From the NCBI GenBank assembly GCA_035390665.1, contig DAOOUC010000001.1:10651-74650 (forward strand): a stretch of DNA of 64,000 bases, written 5' to 3'. Both the position numbers and the translations under genes were made by a program. Below are positions 55,549-64,000 of the stretch, one piece after another. The stretch comes from an archaeon (GTDB lineage Archaea > Iainarchaeota > Iainarchaeia > Iainarchaeales > CSSED10-239). The notes beneath the pieces are model-generated. The model ran no database searches and was not told the origin of the DNA. It saw nothing but the letters and a program-made list of their open reading frames with translations. Within the stretch, counting starts at the first letter, position 1. Every line of letters starts with the position of its first letter.

Positions 55549-56250
55549 TTAGATGATATTTTCTTTTTCATCTTGTTTGATTTCTTCTTGTTCTTTTATA
55601 CTGTTATTAACTATAATTGTATTAACATTATTTGGATTCTTAATATTATTAAATTTATCCTTAATAATATTTATTTTATTTATAAAATCTAAAATTAATT
55701 CAGATTTATTTTTGCATTTAACAAACCAATCACTTGAAATAATATTATTTAATTTATTTATTAAATTATCTTTATTTGCTTTTTTGTATTTAGATAAATA
55801 TTCTACATCATTAATAATTAAATCTAATTCATTAATTAATTTATTATTATTACCATCTATAGAAATAATATAATAATTATTAATAAAATCTTCAATACAT
55901 TTAATTATTTCAATATCATTTATTTCAACTTTATCTATTGTATACTCTATAGAATAATCTCCTTTTTCTCTAAAATTATGAGTTGTACTTTTACCTGTAT
56001 TAAAAAAATTAATTAATTTGTGCTCTGTATTAATTGGAAGAATTAAACAATTCTTACCTGGTCTTAAATAAGGTAAATCTTCTATTACCCCTTTTCTATG
56101 ATATTGATATACTTGCTTATTCTTTTTTGTAACATTTTGAGTGTACCCATAAATAGATCTAAAGACTTTTTGATAAAGATAAGAACTATGTTTTATATTA
56201 TTATTAAATATAAACTTATATTTTATATAATTAGATATAATTTTATCCAT
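55549..56250 (-). CDS. Hypothetical protein in the AT-rich islet
   Basis: 233 aa, Asn/Ile/Lys-rich. No motif recognised. Confidence 0.3.
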   Translation of the reverse strand: MDKIISNYIKYKFIFNNNIKHSSYLYQKVFRSIYGYTQNVTKKNKQVYQYHRKGVIEDLPYLRPGKNCLILPINTEHKLINFFNTGKSTTHNFREKGDYSIEYTIDKVEINDIEIIKCIEDFINNYYIISIDGNNNKLINELDLIINDVEYLSKYKKANKDNLINKLNNIISSDWFVKCKNKSELILDFINKINIIKDKFNNIKNPNNVNTIIVNNSIKEQEEIKQDEKENII

Positions 56251-56485
56251 ATAGACACCCCATACTTCTTGTATTGATTATTATAATAATAATAAATAAT
56301 AGTTATGTATAATATATAATATAATATATATATTAATTATTATATTATTATTTAAATTTTACTTTAATTATAATTATGTATAATCTTTATTTAAAGCTTT
56401 CTATAAAAAAAGTTATAAACTATTACAAGAACTAAAGGGTATGTGTATTTAATTTAAATAAAAAAATAGAAAAAGAAAAATTTAT

Positions 56486-56851
56486 TTATCTTCTTCCTGC
56501 TGTTGAATATTTACTTTTATATCCAATATATTTCTTTCTAATCTTTGAATCGTAGCTGTTGTCTGGTTCATCTGAAACAGGTTCTCTAACTACTTCCCTT
56601 TCAGCTACTGGAACATTACCTGAGTTAATTAAGATAATATCATCAACTGATATAACCTTCTTATAAGGTATACTATGTTCTGTCATTATTTTTTTAGCTT
56701 CTTTCTTTGAACTTACTTTTAATGGTTGAGTTGTAATAGTTTCAATTATACCTGATTCTAAGTTAACAACTAAATCATAAACCTTGCCTCTATAAGTTGC
56801 ATTTGTTTCGTATAAGTCCATACCGAAAAGTTTTGATATTCTCATTGTCAT
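56486..56851 (-). CDS. PRC-barrel domain protein
   Basis: FGMDLYETNATYRGKVYDLVVNLESGIIETI...ISVDDIILI pattern. GGAGG SD upstream. Confidence 0.5.
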   Translation of the reverse strand: MTMRISKLFGMDLYETNATYRGKVYDLVVNLESGIIETITTQPLKVSSKKEAKKIMTEHSIPYKKVISVDDIILINSGNVPVAEREVVREPVSDEPDNSYDSKIRKKYIGYKSKYSTAGRR

Positions 56852-57016
56852 GTTTAATCTTTCCTCCGAATATTAAATATTATTTTAAGTATACTAAAAG
56901 GTTATACAAAGGGTTTATATATGTTACTATTTAAATAAGTAAATTTTAAGTTATTTTAAGTTGTTTTTTCAAACCACAGAAATATGTGAATACAGGAAGT
57001 GTAGGGGTATAAATCT

Positions 57017-57871
57017 CTATTTATTAATATTATCTAAAGGATTTACAATTTCTTTAAGTTTGTTGGTATTAACCTTTGTATATATTTGAGTAGTATTAAG
57101 ATTTGCGTGTCCCAAAAGTTGTTGAATATATCTAATATTAACGTCATTTTCTAAAAGACTTGTTGCAAATGAATGCCTAAGCTTATGTGGGCTAATCTTT
57201 TTTGTAATTCCTGCTTTACTTGCAGAAATTTTTAAAAATTTTTGAATAGTATCAACTGATAATGCTTTACCACTATCAGAGCAAAATAAATATTCTGATT
57301 TAATTTTTTTTCCTCTTTCTTCTAAATATTTTTTATAATCTTCTACCCATTTTTTAGATAATATAATTATTCTATCTTTATTTCCTTTTCCACCAATAAC
57401 ATTTCCTGTGTGTTCTTCAAAATTAAGATCAGTAATCTTCATATTTACACATTCCGATACTCTAACACCAGTAGAGAACATGAATTCTATTATTAGTTTA
57501 TTTCTATAATTAGCAGTATTTTCAATTAAATCAACAATTTCTTTAGGTGTTAAAACAATAGGAATTTTCTTAGCTTTCTTTGGTAATTTAATATCTATAA
57601 TTAAATTTAATTTTAAAAATTCTTTATAAAAATGTTTAATAGCAGAAAGTACAAGATTCATTGTAGCGGAACCTGATTTTTTCTCTTGCTTTAAATAAGA
57701 TAGAAATGAAACAACATCATCAGAATTAACTTCTTTTAAATCTTTTTTAACATGTTCTGAAAATATATTTAAATAAATTAAGTAAGTTTCAATTGTTTTT
57801 TGACTATAACCTACAATATTTAGTTCATTTTCGAATTTTTTAAGAAGTTCTTTGTTTTTTTCTTCTATCAT
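57017..57871 (-). CDS. xerA: Tyrosine recombinase, XerA/XerCD-like
   Basis: 284 aa. N-terminal SAM-like core-binding domain. Catalytic residues in TGVRVSE (Arg), HKLRHSFAT (His-x-x-Arg) and LLGHANLNTTQIYTKV (His, Tyr). Confidence 0.85.
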   Translation of the reverse strand: MIEEKNKELLKKFENELNIVGYSQKTIETYLIYLNIFSEHVKKDLKEVNSDDVVSFLSYLKQEKKSGSATMNLVLSAIKHFYKEFLKLNLIIDIKLPKKAKKIPIVLTPKEIVDLIENTANYRNKLIIEFMFSTGVRVSECVNMKITDLNFEEHTGNVIGGKGNKDRIIILSKKWVEDYKKYLEERGKKIKSEYLFCSDSGKALSVDTIQKFLKISASKAGITKKISPHKLRHSFATSLLENDVNIRYIQQLLGHANLNTTQIYTKVNTNKLKEIVNPLDNINK

Positions 57872-58115
57872 ACTAATAAAAATTATAAGAAATTATTAAA
57901 AAAGGAGCACATTATGCCGAATTCAAATTTATGTATAAATTTACAATGTAAAATATATCTGATGATTTGTTTCACAATCTAAACTAATAGTTAAAAAAAT
58001 ATCCTTTAGATTCAGATTTTATCTAACTTTAGAGACAAAACCGATTGCCTTTATAAACATAATGACCTTTAGTAGTATTACTTTTTTTAAAATAAAATTA
58101 TCAAAGGTTTTATCA

Positions 58116-61115
58116 ATGGCAACAAAACAAATTATTAACAGAAAAGAAGAAAAAATTGATTATAATATTTACAAAATAAAACTTGCAATACTTAAAGCCC
58201 TTGATGCAATTGATAATCCAGATATTGATTTAGCAGATTATCTTACAAAAAAAATAGATATTAATTTAACAGAAAATTATTTTGATAAAAATAGATGTCC
58301 AACAATTGATGAAATTCAAGACACTGTAGAAGATATATTAATTAAAGAAGGATTGACTAAATTAGTAAAAGCATATGTAATTTATAGAAAACAACACGAT
58401 GATTTTAGAAACATTTCAAAACTCATAGACAGTACAAATGCAGTTGAGAGTTACATAAATATTTCAGATTGGCAAGTTAAGGAAAACAGTAATATGGATT
58501 ATTCATTACAAGGATTAAATAATTATTTATCAACAAAAGTAATATCTGATTATTGGATAAAAAAAATATATCCTTCAGAAATTAGAGAAGCACACGAGAA
58601 AAGGCAACTTCATTTACACGATCTAAATACATTAGGTTCATATTGTGTTGGTTGGGATCTTCAATCTGTTCTACAAACTGGTTTTAGAGGATCTCCAGGT
58701 AAAGTTGTGGCATCTCCACCAAAACATTTAGATACAGCATTAGGACAAATAGTTAATTTTATTTTTACACTTCAAGGAGAATCAGCAGGTGCTCAAGCCT
58801 TTAGTAATTTTGATACCCTTCTTGCCCCATTTATAAGATACGATAATCTTGATTACAAGCAGGTAAGAGCATCCTTAGAGAAATTTATTTATAATATGAA
58901 TGTGCCTACAAGAGTTGGTTTTCAATGTATGTCCCAAGATACAGAAATTCTTACAGAAAATGGGTGGCTTACATATAATGATTTAAAAGTAGGAGATATA
59001 ATAAAAACATTTAACACTAATACAGGTAAAATAGAAGATCTTCCTATAAAAAAATTATTTGCAAGGGAGTACTCTGGCAAAATGTACAATTTAAAAAACA
59101 GAATACAAGATCAGTTAATTTCTCCTAAACACAGAGTTGTAAGAAAAATATTCAATACTAAAAATAAATTTATATTAGAAGAAATTGAAGTTGTTAAAAA
59201 ATATAAATCAGATATTGTTATTCCAATTGCGGGAGATACAAACTACAGAGGAATAAATTGGAGTGATGAAAAAATTAAAATGGTTGCGTGGATTATTGCA
59301 GAAGGAAGTTCCGAGCAGCCTTATCATAAAAATAAAAACTCAAGAAACATAAAAATTTATCAATCTGAAATAAAAAACAATAAAGAATATAAAGAAATAA
59401 AGTCTTTATTAGAATATTTTAAATTTAAATATTCTGAAACCAAACACACAGGACTTGGCGCACCAGTTAATGCAATCAAATTAAATGCTGAATCTTCAAG
59501 AACCATACACTCTTGGTTTGATGATGAAAGCAATATCAAATTTATTCCCATAGATTTATTTAAAGCCAATAAAAAACAAGCAAGATTATTTTTAGAAACC
59601 TATAACAAAGGAGATGGAACAGAGGAATTTAAAATTTCTACAACTTCTGTTGATATACTTTATGGTTTGCAACACATGTGTGTGTTAGCAGGTTATGGTT
59701 TTACTACGCTTTTTAGAAAACCAACCATTGGTACAAAGCCAATTTTTGTTTTAAGAATTATACAACACACAGACACAACAATAACTCAAATTAAAGAAAT
59801 TGATTATAAGGGAATTATATGGTGTCCGAACACAGATAATGAAACTGTTATTGCAAAAAGAAATGGCAAGGTTTTTATTACAGGTAACACCCCATTTTCA
59901 AATATCACTCTTGATTTAACTGTACCATCTACATTTAAAGATACACCAGTTATAATAGCAGGGAAACCACAAGATAAAACATATGGCGAATTCCAAAAAG
60001 AGATGGATATTTTTAATATGGCTTTATTAGATATAATGTACGATGGAGATGCATCTGGAAATATGTTCTCTTTTCCGATACCTACAATTAATGTAACAAA
60101 AGAATTTGATTGGTCAACGCCACTAGCTGATAAATTAATTGATTTAACAATAAAATACGGCACTCCATATTTTGCAAACTTTGTAAATTCTGATATGAAA
60201 CCAGAAGATGCAAGAAGTATGTGTTGTAGATTAAGATTAGATAATAGAGAACTACAAAAAAGAGGAGGAGGATTATTTGGTTCTAATCCTTTAACTGGTT
60301 CTATTGGAGTTGTAACAATAAATCTTGCTCAATTAGGCTATCTATCAAAATCAGAAGAAGAATATTTTGAAAATTTAGGTCATCTAATGGATCTTGCTAA
60401 AAAATCTTTAGATATAAAAAGAAAAATTGTAGAAAAATATACTGATGATGGGTTATATCCTTATTCTAAATTTAATTTAAAAAGTATAAAAGACAGATTT
60501 GGTACTTATTGGAAGAATCATTTCTCAACTATAGGTTTACTTGGTTTAAATGAATCCGCAATAAATTTTATGGGAGAAGGAATATATACAGAAAAAGGGC
60601 TAGCTTTTGCAAATAAAGTTATGGACTTTATGAGAGAGAAAATACAAAAGTATCAAGAAGAGACTGGAGCCTTATATAATCTTGAAGCAACACCAGGAGA
60701 AGGAACAACCTATAGATTTGCAAGTTATGATAAAAAGAAATATCCTTCTATAGTTGTTGCAAATGAAGAAAATTACAAGAATAATGGAGCACAACCATAT
60801 TATACAAATTCATCTATGCTTCCAGTAACTTATACAAATGATATATTTGAAGTTTTAGAATTACAAGACGAATTGCAATGTAAATATACAGGTGGAACAG
60901 TAATACACATATTTATTGGAGAAAAAAAACCATCAAGAGAAGCAATTAAATCATTAATACAAAAAATAACAACCAATTATAAATTACCTTACTTTACATT
61001 TACGCCTACATTTTCGGTGTGTCCAAAACACGGGTATATTTTTGGAGAACATGAATATTGTCCATTATGTGATGAAGAAATAGGTTATAAGGAAAATAAA
61101 AATACGGGGGAATAA
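58116..61115 (+). CDS. nrdD: Anaerobic (class III) ribonucleoside-triphosphate reductase NrdD, intein-containing, ending before the glycyl-radical loop
   Basis: ATP-cone-like N-terminus. The NrdD core is collinear to the C-terminal zinc ribbon CPKH...CPLC. Start preferred at MATKQ (58116). Stops at TAA 61113-61115 without an RVxGY motif. Confidence 0.85.
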   Translation: MATKQIINRKEEKIDYNIYKIKLAILKALDAIDNPDIDLADYLTKKIDINLTENYFDKNRCPTIDEIQDTVEDILIKEGLTKLVKAYVIYRKQHDDFRNISKLIDSTNAVESYINISDWQVKENSNMDYSLQGLNNYLSTKVISDYWIKKIYPSEIREAHEKRQLHLHDLNTLGSYCVGWDLQSVLQTGFRGSPGKVVASPPKHLDTALGQIVNFIFTLQGESAGAQAFSNFDTLLAPFIRYDNLDYKQVRASLEKFIYNMNVPTRVGFQCMSQDTEILTENGWLTYNDLKVGDIIKTFNTNTGKIEDLPIKKLFAREYSGKMYNLKNRIQDQLISPKHRVVRKIFNTKNKFILEEIEVVKKYKSDIVIPIAGDTNYRGINWSDEKIKMVAWIIAEGSSEQPYHKNKNSRNIKIYQSEIKNNKEYKEIKSLLEYFKFKYSETKHTGLGAPVNAIKLNAESSRTIHSWFDDESNIKFIPIDLFKANKKQARLFLETYNKGDGTEEFKISTTSVDILYGLQHMCVLAGYGFTTLFRKPTIGTKPIFVLRIIQHTDTTITQIKEIDYKGIIWCPNTDNETVIAKRNGKVFITGNTPFSNITLDLTVPSTFKDTPVIIAGKPQDKTYGEFQKEMDIFNMALLDIMYDGDASGNMFSFPIPTINVTKEFDWSTPLADKLIDLTIKYGTPYFANFVNSDMKPEDARSMCCRLRLDNRELQKRGGGLFGSNPLTGSIGVVTINLAQLGYLSKSEEEYFENLGHLMDLAKKSLDIKRKIVEKYTDDGLYPYSKFNLKSIKDRFGTYWKNHFSTIGLLGLNESAINFMGEGIYTEKGLAFANKVMDFMREKIQKYQEETGALYNLEATPGEGTTYRFASYDKKKYPSIVVANEENYKNNGAQPYYTNSSMLPVTYTNDIFEVLELQDELQCKYTGGTVIHIFIGEKKPSREAIKSLIQKITTNYKLPYFTFTPTFSVCPKHGYIFGEHEYCPLCDEEIGYKENKNTGE
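58926..59888 (+). mobile_element. Intein (321 aa) with a LAGLIDADG homing-endonuclease domain inside nrdD
   Basis: Begins with Cys (CMSQDTEILTENG) after extein ...RVGFQ. Block B-like SPKH. LAGLIDADG-like VAWIIAEGSS and FLETYNKGDG. Ends VFITGN, followed by Thr+1 (TPFSNITLD). The joined exteins read GFQ-TPFSN. Confidence 0.85.
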
Positions 61116-61118
61116 AAG

Positions 61119-61265
61119 ATGAATAATGAAATAGAAGCAAAAAGACAGAAATGTGAAATTTATTCTAGAGTTGTAGGATATGTTAGAAGAATAGATGCCT
61201 GGAATTATGGTAAACAAGCAGAATTTCACGATAGAAAATTATTTTCTGTTCCAGAAAACAAATAA
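61119..61265 (+). CDS. 48-aa ORF encoding the NrdD glycyl-radical loop
   Basis: MNNEIEAKRQKCEIYSRVVGYVRRIDAWNYGKQAEFHDRKLFSVPENK contains the SRVVGY (RVxGY) glycyl-radical motif. It is in the same frame as nrdD, 2 codons after its TAA. A GGGGG run at 61106-61110 lies 8 nt before the ATG. Confidence 0.75.
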   Translation: MNNEIEAKRQKCEIYSRVVGYVRRIDAWNYGKQAEFHDRKLFSVPENK

Positions 61266-61278
61266 TGGTAATTAAAAT

Positions 61279-61944
61279 ATGCCTTTAAGAATAGGAGCAA
61301 TTGAAAAGTTTAGTACAATAGATTATCCAAATAAAATTGCTTGTGTTATTTTTTTAAAGGGGTGTAATTTCAATTGTGGTTTTTGTTATAATAAGCAATT
61401 GGTATTACCTGAGCTTTTCGATTCCAAACCAGACGTTCTTGAAAGTGAAATACACTATTTCTTGGACAAACGAAAAGGTCTTCTCGATGCTGTTGTTATT
61501 ACAGGCGGAGAACCCACAATTTTTGGAAAAGATTTAATTGATTTTATAAAAAAAATTAAAGAAAAAAGTTACCTTGTAAAACTAGATACAAATGGGTCTA
61601 ATCCCGAAATATTAAAAGAAATATTAGACAATAATCTTGTAGATTATGTTGCTATGGATTTAAAAGATATTTTTGAAAATTATAATAACTATACAAAAGT
61701 TCCAAATAAAAATATCAAGACTTCATTTGAGCTATTAAAAAATTCAAAAATTCCCCACGAATTTAGAATTACTACGCACCCCGAGCTGACGTTGAATAAT
61801 TTTAATAAAATAATAGAAACAGCAAAAGGAGAAAAAATATTTGTCCAAGATTTCGTAAACACTAATACTATAAAAGAATATAAAGAAAATAAAACTATAT
61901 ATTCAAAACTTTCAAAAGCAAGTAAAGATTATATTTTAAGATAA
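61279..61944 (+). CDS. nrdG: Anaerobic RNR activating enzyme NrdG (radical SAM)
   Basis: GCNFNCGFCYN (Cx3Cx2C) near the N-terminus, GGEPT SAM-binding motif. 221 aa, adjacent to nrdD. Confidence 0.85.
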   Translation: MPLRIGAIEKFSTIDYPNKIACVIFLKGCNFNCGFCYNKQLVLPELFDSKPDVLESEIHYFLDKRKGLLDAVVITGGEPTIFGKDLIDFIKKIKEKSYLVKLDTNGSNPEILKEILDNNLVDYVAMDLKDIFENYNNYTKVPNKNIKTSFELLKNSKIPHEFRITTHPELTLNNFNKIIETAKGEKIFVQDFVNTNTIKEYKENKTIYSKLSKASKDYILR

Positions 61945-61958
61945 ATAAGTGATTAAAA

Positions 61959-64000
61959 ATGGTTTTTGTAAATACAATTAAAAATAAAAATGGAGAAACA
62001 GAAGAGTTTTCAAAAGAAAGACTAGCAATAATGTTGTTTGAAAACATGTGTAATCTTGGAGAACCTAATCTTAATCTAGCAGAAAAGTTAGCATTTTTAA
62101 TCTATGATAAAGTAAATGCCAAATTTTCAAAGGAAATTTTACAAGAAAAATTAGACGAGATAATTAAAGAAACCCTTCATCAAGAAAATCAAGGAGAGCT
62201 CCTACAAGCATATATTTTTAAAAAAAACAAACCAGAAGCCGCTCAAGCAGATAGTGAATTAAAAGAAATTATTCTAAAACAAATAATAAATATTGACGAA
62301 TCCGATAATTTATCAACTAAATTAGTAAATATTCATTCTCAAATAAATAAATTACAAAATAATCAACACGAAAAGATAAATAAAAAGATTTTTGAATATA
62401 TCAGAGATGGAGTATTTTATCCTAGTTCAACTTTTTTAAGAGAAATAAGTTTGAATCAACAATTGTCTTCAAGTTATTCATTTAAAATCCAAGATTCAAT
62501 TGAAAGCATTTTTGATACATTATCTCAATCAAGTATTGTTCAAAAATATGGTTCTTCAATTTCAATAGATTTATCAAGAATTAGATCAGAAAAAGAAAAA
62601 GTAAAATCTATAAACAGAAATGCCTGTGGACCAATAAGAGTAATTGATCTTTTTGTTTCTGCAAAATCAATGATTGGTTATAATACAAACAGTTCAAATA
62701 ATCTTTATTATATTTCTATAGAACACCCGGATATTGTCTCTTTCTTAAATCACTCAGCTACGACTAAAGAAAATTATGCAGTGTTAATTCCAGATAGATT
62801 CATGAAATCCTTAACAGAAAATTCAGATTATTTTATTGAGATCAATTCTGAAAATAAAATAAAAATTTCTCCTTTAGCATTAATTGATTTAATTTCTTCT
62901 AAAATAATTACTGGAGAAAATATAAATTTAATATTCATAGATTCAATAAATAAAAAGAATCCATTTTTAGATAACTATAAACCATTTACAATATCTTCTA
63001 TAGGATTACAACCTGTTTTTGAAGATAATTCTTTTGCTAGTGGCGTAATCGATGTTTCTAAGTTTGTAAATATTCTAGGAAATACTAAAACCTTTGATTG
63101 GGCAAAATTAAAAGTAGTTATTTGGGACACTTTAGAGTTTCTAGATAATTCAATTGATTTAACTAAAACAATAAATGAGAAATACACACAAGAACTAAAA
63201 GAAACAAGACAAGTCTATATTTCAATTACAGGTTTTTATTCTTTATTATCTAAACTAGGCATTGCTTACGAAAGTGATGATGCAATTTATTTTGCTGATG
63301 CATTGTCTGATTATATTAATTATTATTCAAAACTTAAATCAACAGAACTTGCAAAAGAAAGAGGGCCATTTTTTAAATTTATAAAAAGTAAATACGAATT
63401 GCCTAATTTTTCTTTTGATAAGGCCCCAATTCAAAAAACATTATTTTCTAATGATTTAAATCAAACAAAAAAACTACTTAAAAACATGCCCACAATTGAT
63501 TGGACAGAACTAAGAAACAACATTAAGAAATATGGTTTAAGAAATTCAACAACATTTTCAATAATATTTTCTGATTTTTATTCTGTTGCTAATGAATGTA
63601 GTAATGGAATAGATGCAATTATAAGTTATAAATCTACAATTTGGGTAAATGGCCACAAGTTTGAAAAAATAAATAAAGAACTTAATACACAAGTTTCTGA
63701 TTTAAAATCTAATTGGACACAAAATGAGATTGAATCGTCAGTTCCAGACATCATAAAATCTAAGTTACCACTTGCAAGATCAATATCCCCGCAATTCTTT
63801 ATAAGATTACAATCTGTTTTTGAAAAAAACACAGATGGTTGTACTAACCTAAAGGTTTATTTTACAGATTGCACAAGTATTCAAGACATTAAAAATATTA
63901 TTCTAGAGACACACAGAATAGGAAACACTATTTTTTGTGCAGAAAAAATAAATGGTCATCAAAAAGACTTTAACACAGAAAATAAAAAAGGATTAATGAG
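61959..64000 (+). CDS. Partial CDS (open at window end): ATP-cone plus class II RNR-like protein lacking the canonical catalytic residues
   Basis: Not in the ORF track. Hand translation from ATG 61959 gives 680 codons without a stop. ATP-cone-like IKNKNGETEEFSKERLAIML, then RNR-collinear blocks (GSSISIDLSRIRS, NACGPIRVIDLF, LIFIDSINKKNP, YGLRNSTTFSI). The active-site positions are substituted. Confidence 0.7.
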   Translation, partial: MVFVNTIKNKNGETEEFSKERLAIMLFENMCNLGEPNLNLAEKLAFLIYDKVNAKFSKEILQEKLDEIIKETLHQENQGELLQAYIFKKNKPEAAQADSELKEIILKQIINIDESDNLSTKLVNIHSQINKLQNNQHEKINKKIFEYIRDGVFYPSSTFLREISLNQQLSSSYSFKIQDSIESIFDTLSQSSIVQKYGSSISIDLSRIRSEKEKVKSINRNACGPIRVIDLFVSAKSMIGYNTNSSNNLYYISIEHPDIVSFLNHSATTKENYAVLIPDRFMKSLTENSDYFIEINSENKIKISPLALIDLISSKIITGENINLIFIDSINKKNPFLDNYKPFTISSIGLQPVFEDNSFASGVIDVSKFVNILGNTKTFDWAKLKVVIWDTLEFLDNSIDLTKTINEKYTQELKETRQVYISITGFYSLLSKLGIAYESDDAIYFADALSDYINYYSKLKSTELAKERGPFFKFIKSKYELPNFSFDKAPIQKTLFSNDLNQTKKLLKNMPTIDWTELRNNIKKYGLRNSTTFSIIFSDFYSVANECSNGIDAIISYKSTIWVNGHKFEKINKELNTQVSDLKSNWTQNEIESSVPDIIKSKLPLARSISPQFFIRLQSVFEKNTDGCTNLKVYFTDCTSIQDIKNIILETHRIGNTIFCAEKINGHQKDFNTENKKGLM

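Noticed and set aside
56856-56870. aatctttcctccgaa resembles the 3' end of tRNA-iMet (aatccatcctccgct); considered as a possible attR
   Set aside because: The shared core is just CCTCC, which on the minus strand is the GGAGG Shine-Dalgarno of the PRC-barrel gene 56486..56851. The flanks do not match.
56303-57938. ttatgtataa(t) occurring at 56303, 56374 and 57929; considered as direct repeats bounding the recombinase
   Set aside because: This is a 10-mer with nine A/T positions. From composition I expect about one or more chance occurrences per window, and there is no extended similarity around the copies.
58006-58026. ttagat-N9-atctaa inverted repeat between the recombinase gene and nrdD; considered as a dif-like Xer site
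   Set aside because: The arms are only 6 bp, and I cannot reliably recall the archaeal dif consensus. This is not enough evidence.
4617-61115. Genome-wide reassignment of TAA as a sense codon to explain the two in-frame TAA events
   Set aside because: TAA terminates well-conserved genes at their expected C-termini here, including EF-1alpha at 32117, S10 at 31776, the RPA-like gene at 5249 and the FlaI-like gene at 9686. Any read-through would have to be local and context-dependent.
62975-63832. Two minus-strand ORFs (62975..63187 and 63626..63832), the only track entries after 61944
   Set aside because: They are antisense to a 680-codon uninterrupted plus-strand frame with clear RNR homology. 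The track omitted that frame only because it has no stop inside the window.

Overview
AT-rich archaeal chromosomal segment. The informational genes are unmistakably archaeal: MCM, an RPA-like SSB, EF-1alpha/S10, TFE, aTrm56, Elp3, Taw3, RtcB and EndoQ. The very AT-rich, gene-dense layout and the many lineage-specific surface proteins suggest a small-genome, DPANN-like lineage; this is inference only. Housekeeping blocks are mcm-rpa (2-6.6 kb), ppdK-prs-rtcB-S10-EF1a (26.5-33.4 kb), taw3/elp3 (40-43 kb), and a three-tRNA cluster followed by mutS-mutL (48.6-53.1 kb). Between them sit accessory genes: three toxin-antitoxin pairs, Bro-N and ORF6N DNA-binding genes, two COG1373 ATPases, an S-layer-like gene, two surface-protein genes with a near-identical C-terminal anchor, and a pilin-signal GLUG adhesin. 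The right end carries tRNA-iMet, an extremely AT-rich islet with a GTAATTAC palindrome array, a XerA-like recombinase, and a ribonucleotide-reductase cluster. Five observations deserve follow-up. (1) A conserved, relatively G+C-rich element occurs three times, each abutting the 5' end of a mobile-type gene (TA pair, Bro-N, ORF6N). (2) The glycyl-radical loop of NrdD is separated from the enzyme body by an in-frame TAA and has its own SD and ATG. (3) An adjacent ATP-cone plus class II RNR homologue has substitutions at every catalytic residue I can align. (4) A second in-frame TAA is followed by a start-less 110-codon frame in the mcm-rpa cluster. (5) Iteron-like palindromes lie next to tRNA-iMet. 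No CRISPR array or rRNA was seen. All calls come from reading the sequence and remembered family motifs; no searches were run.
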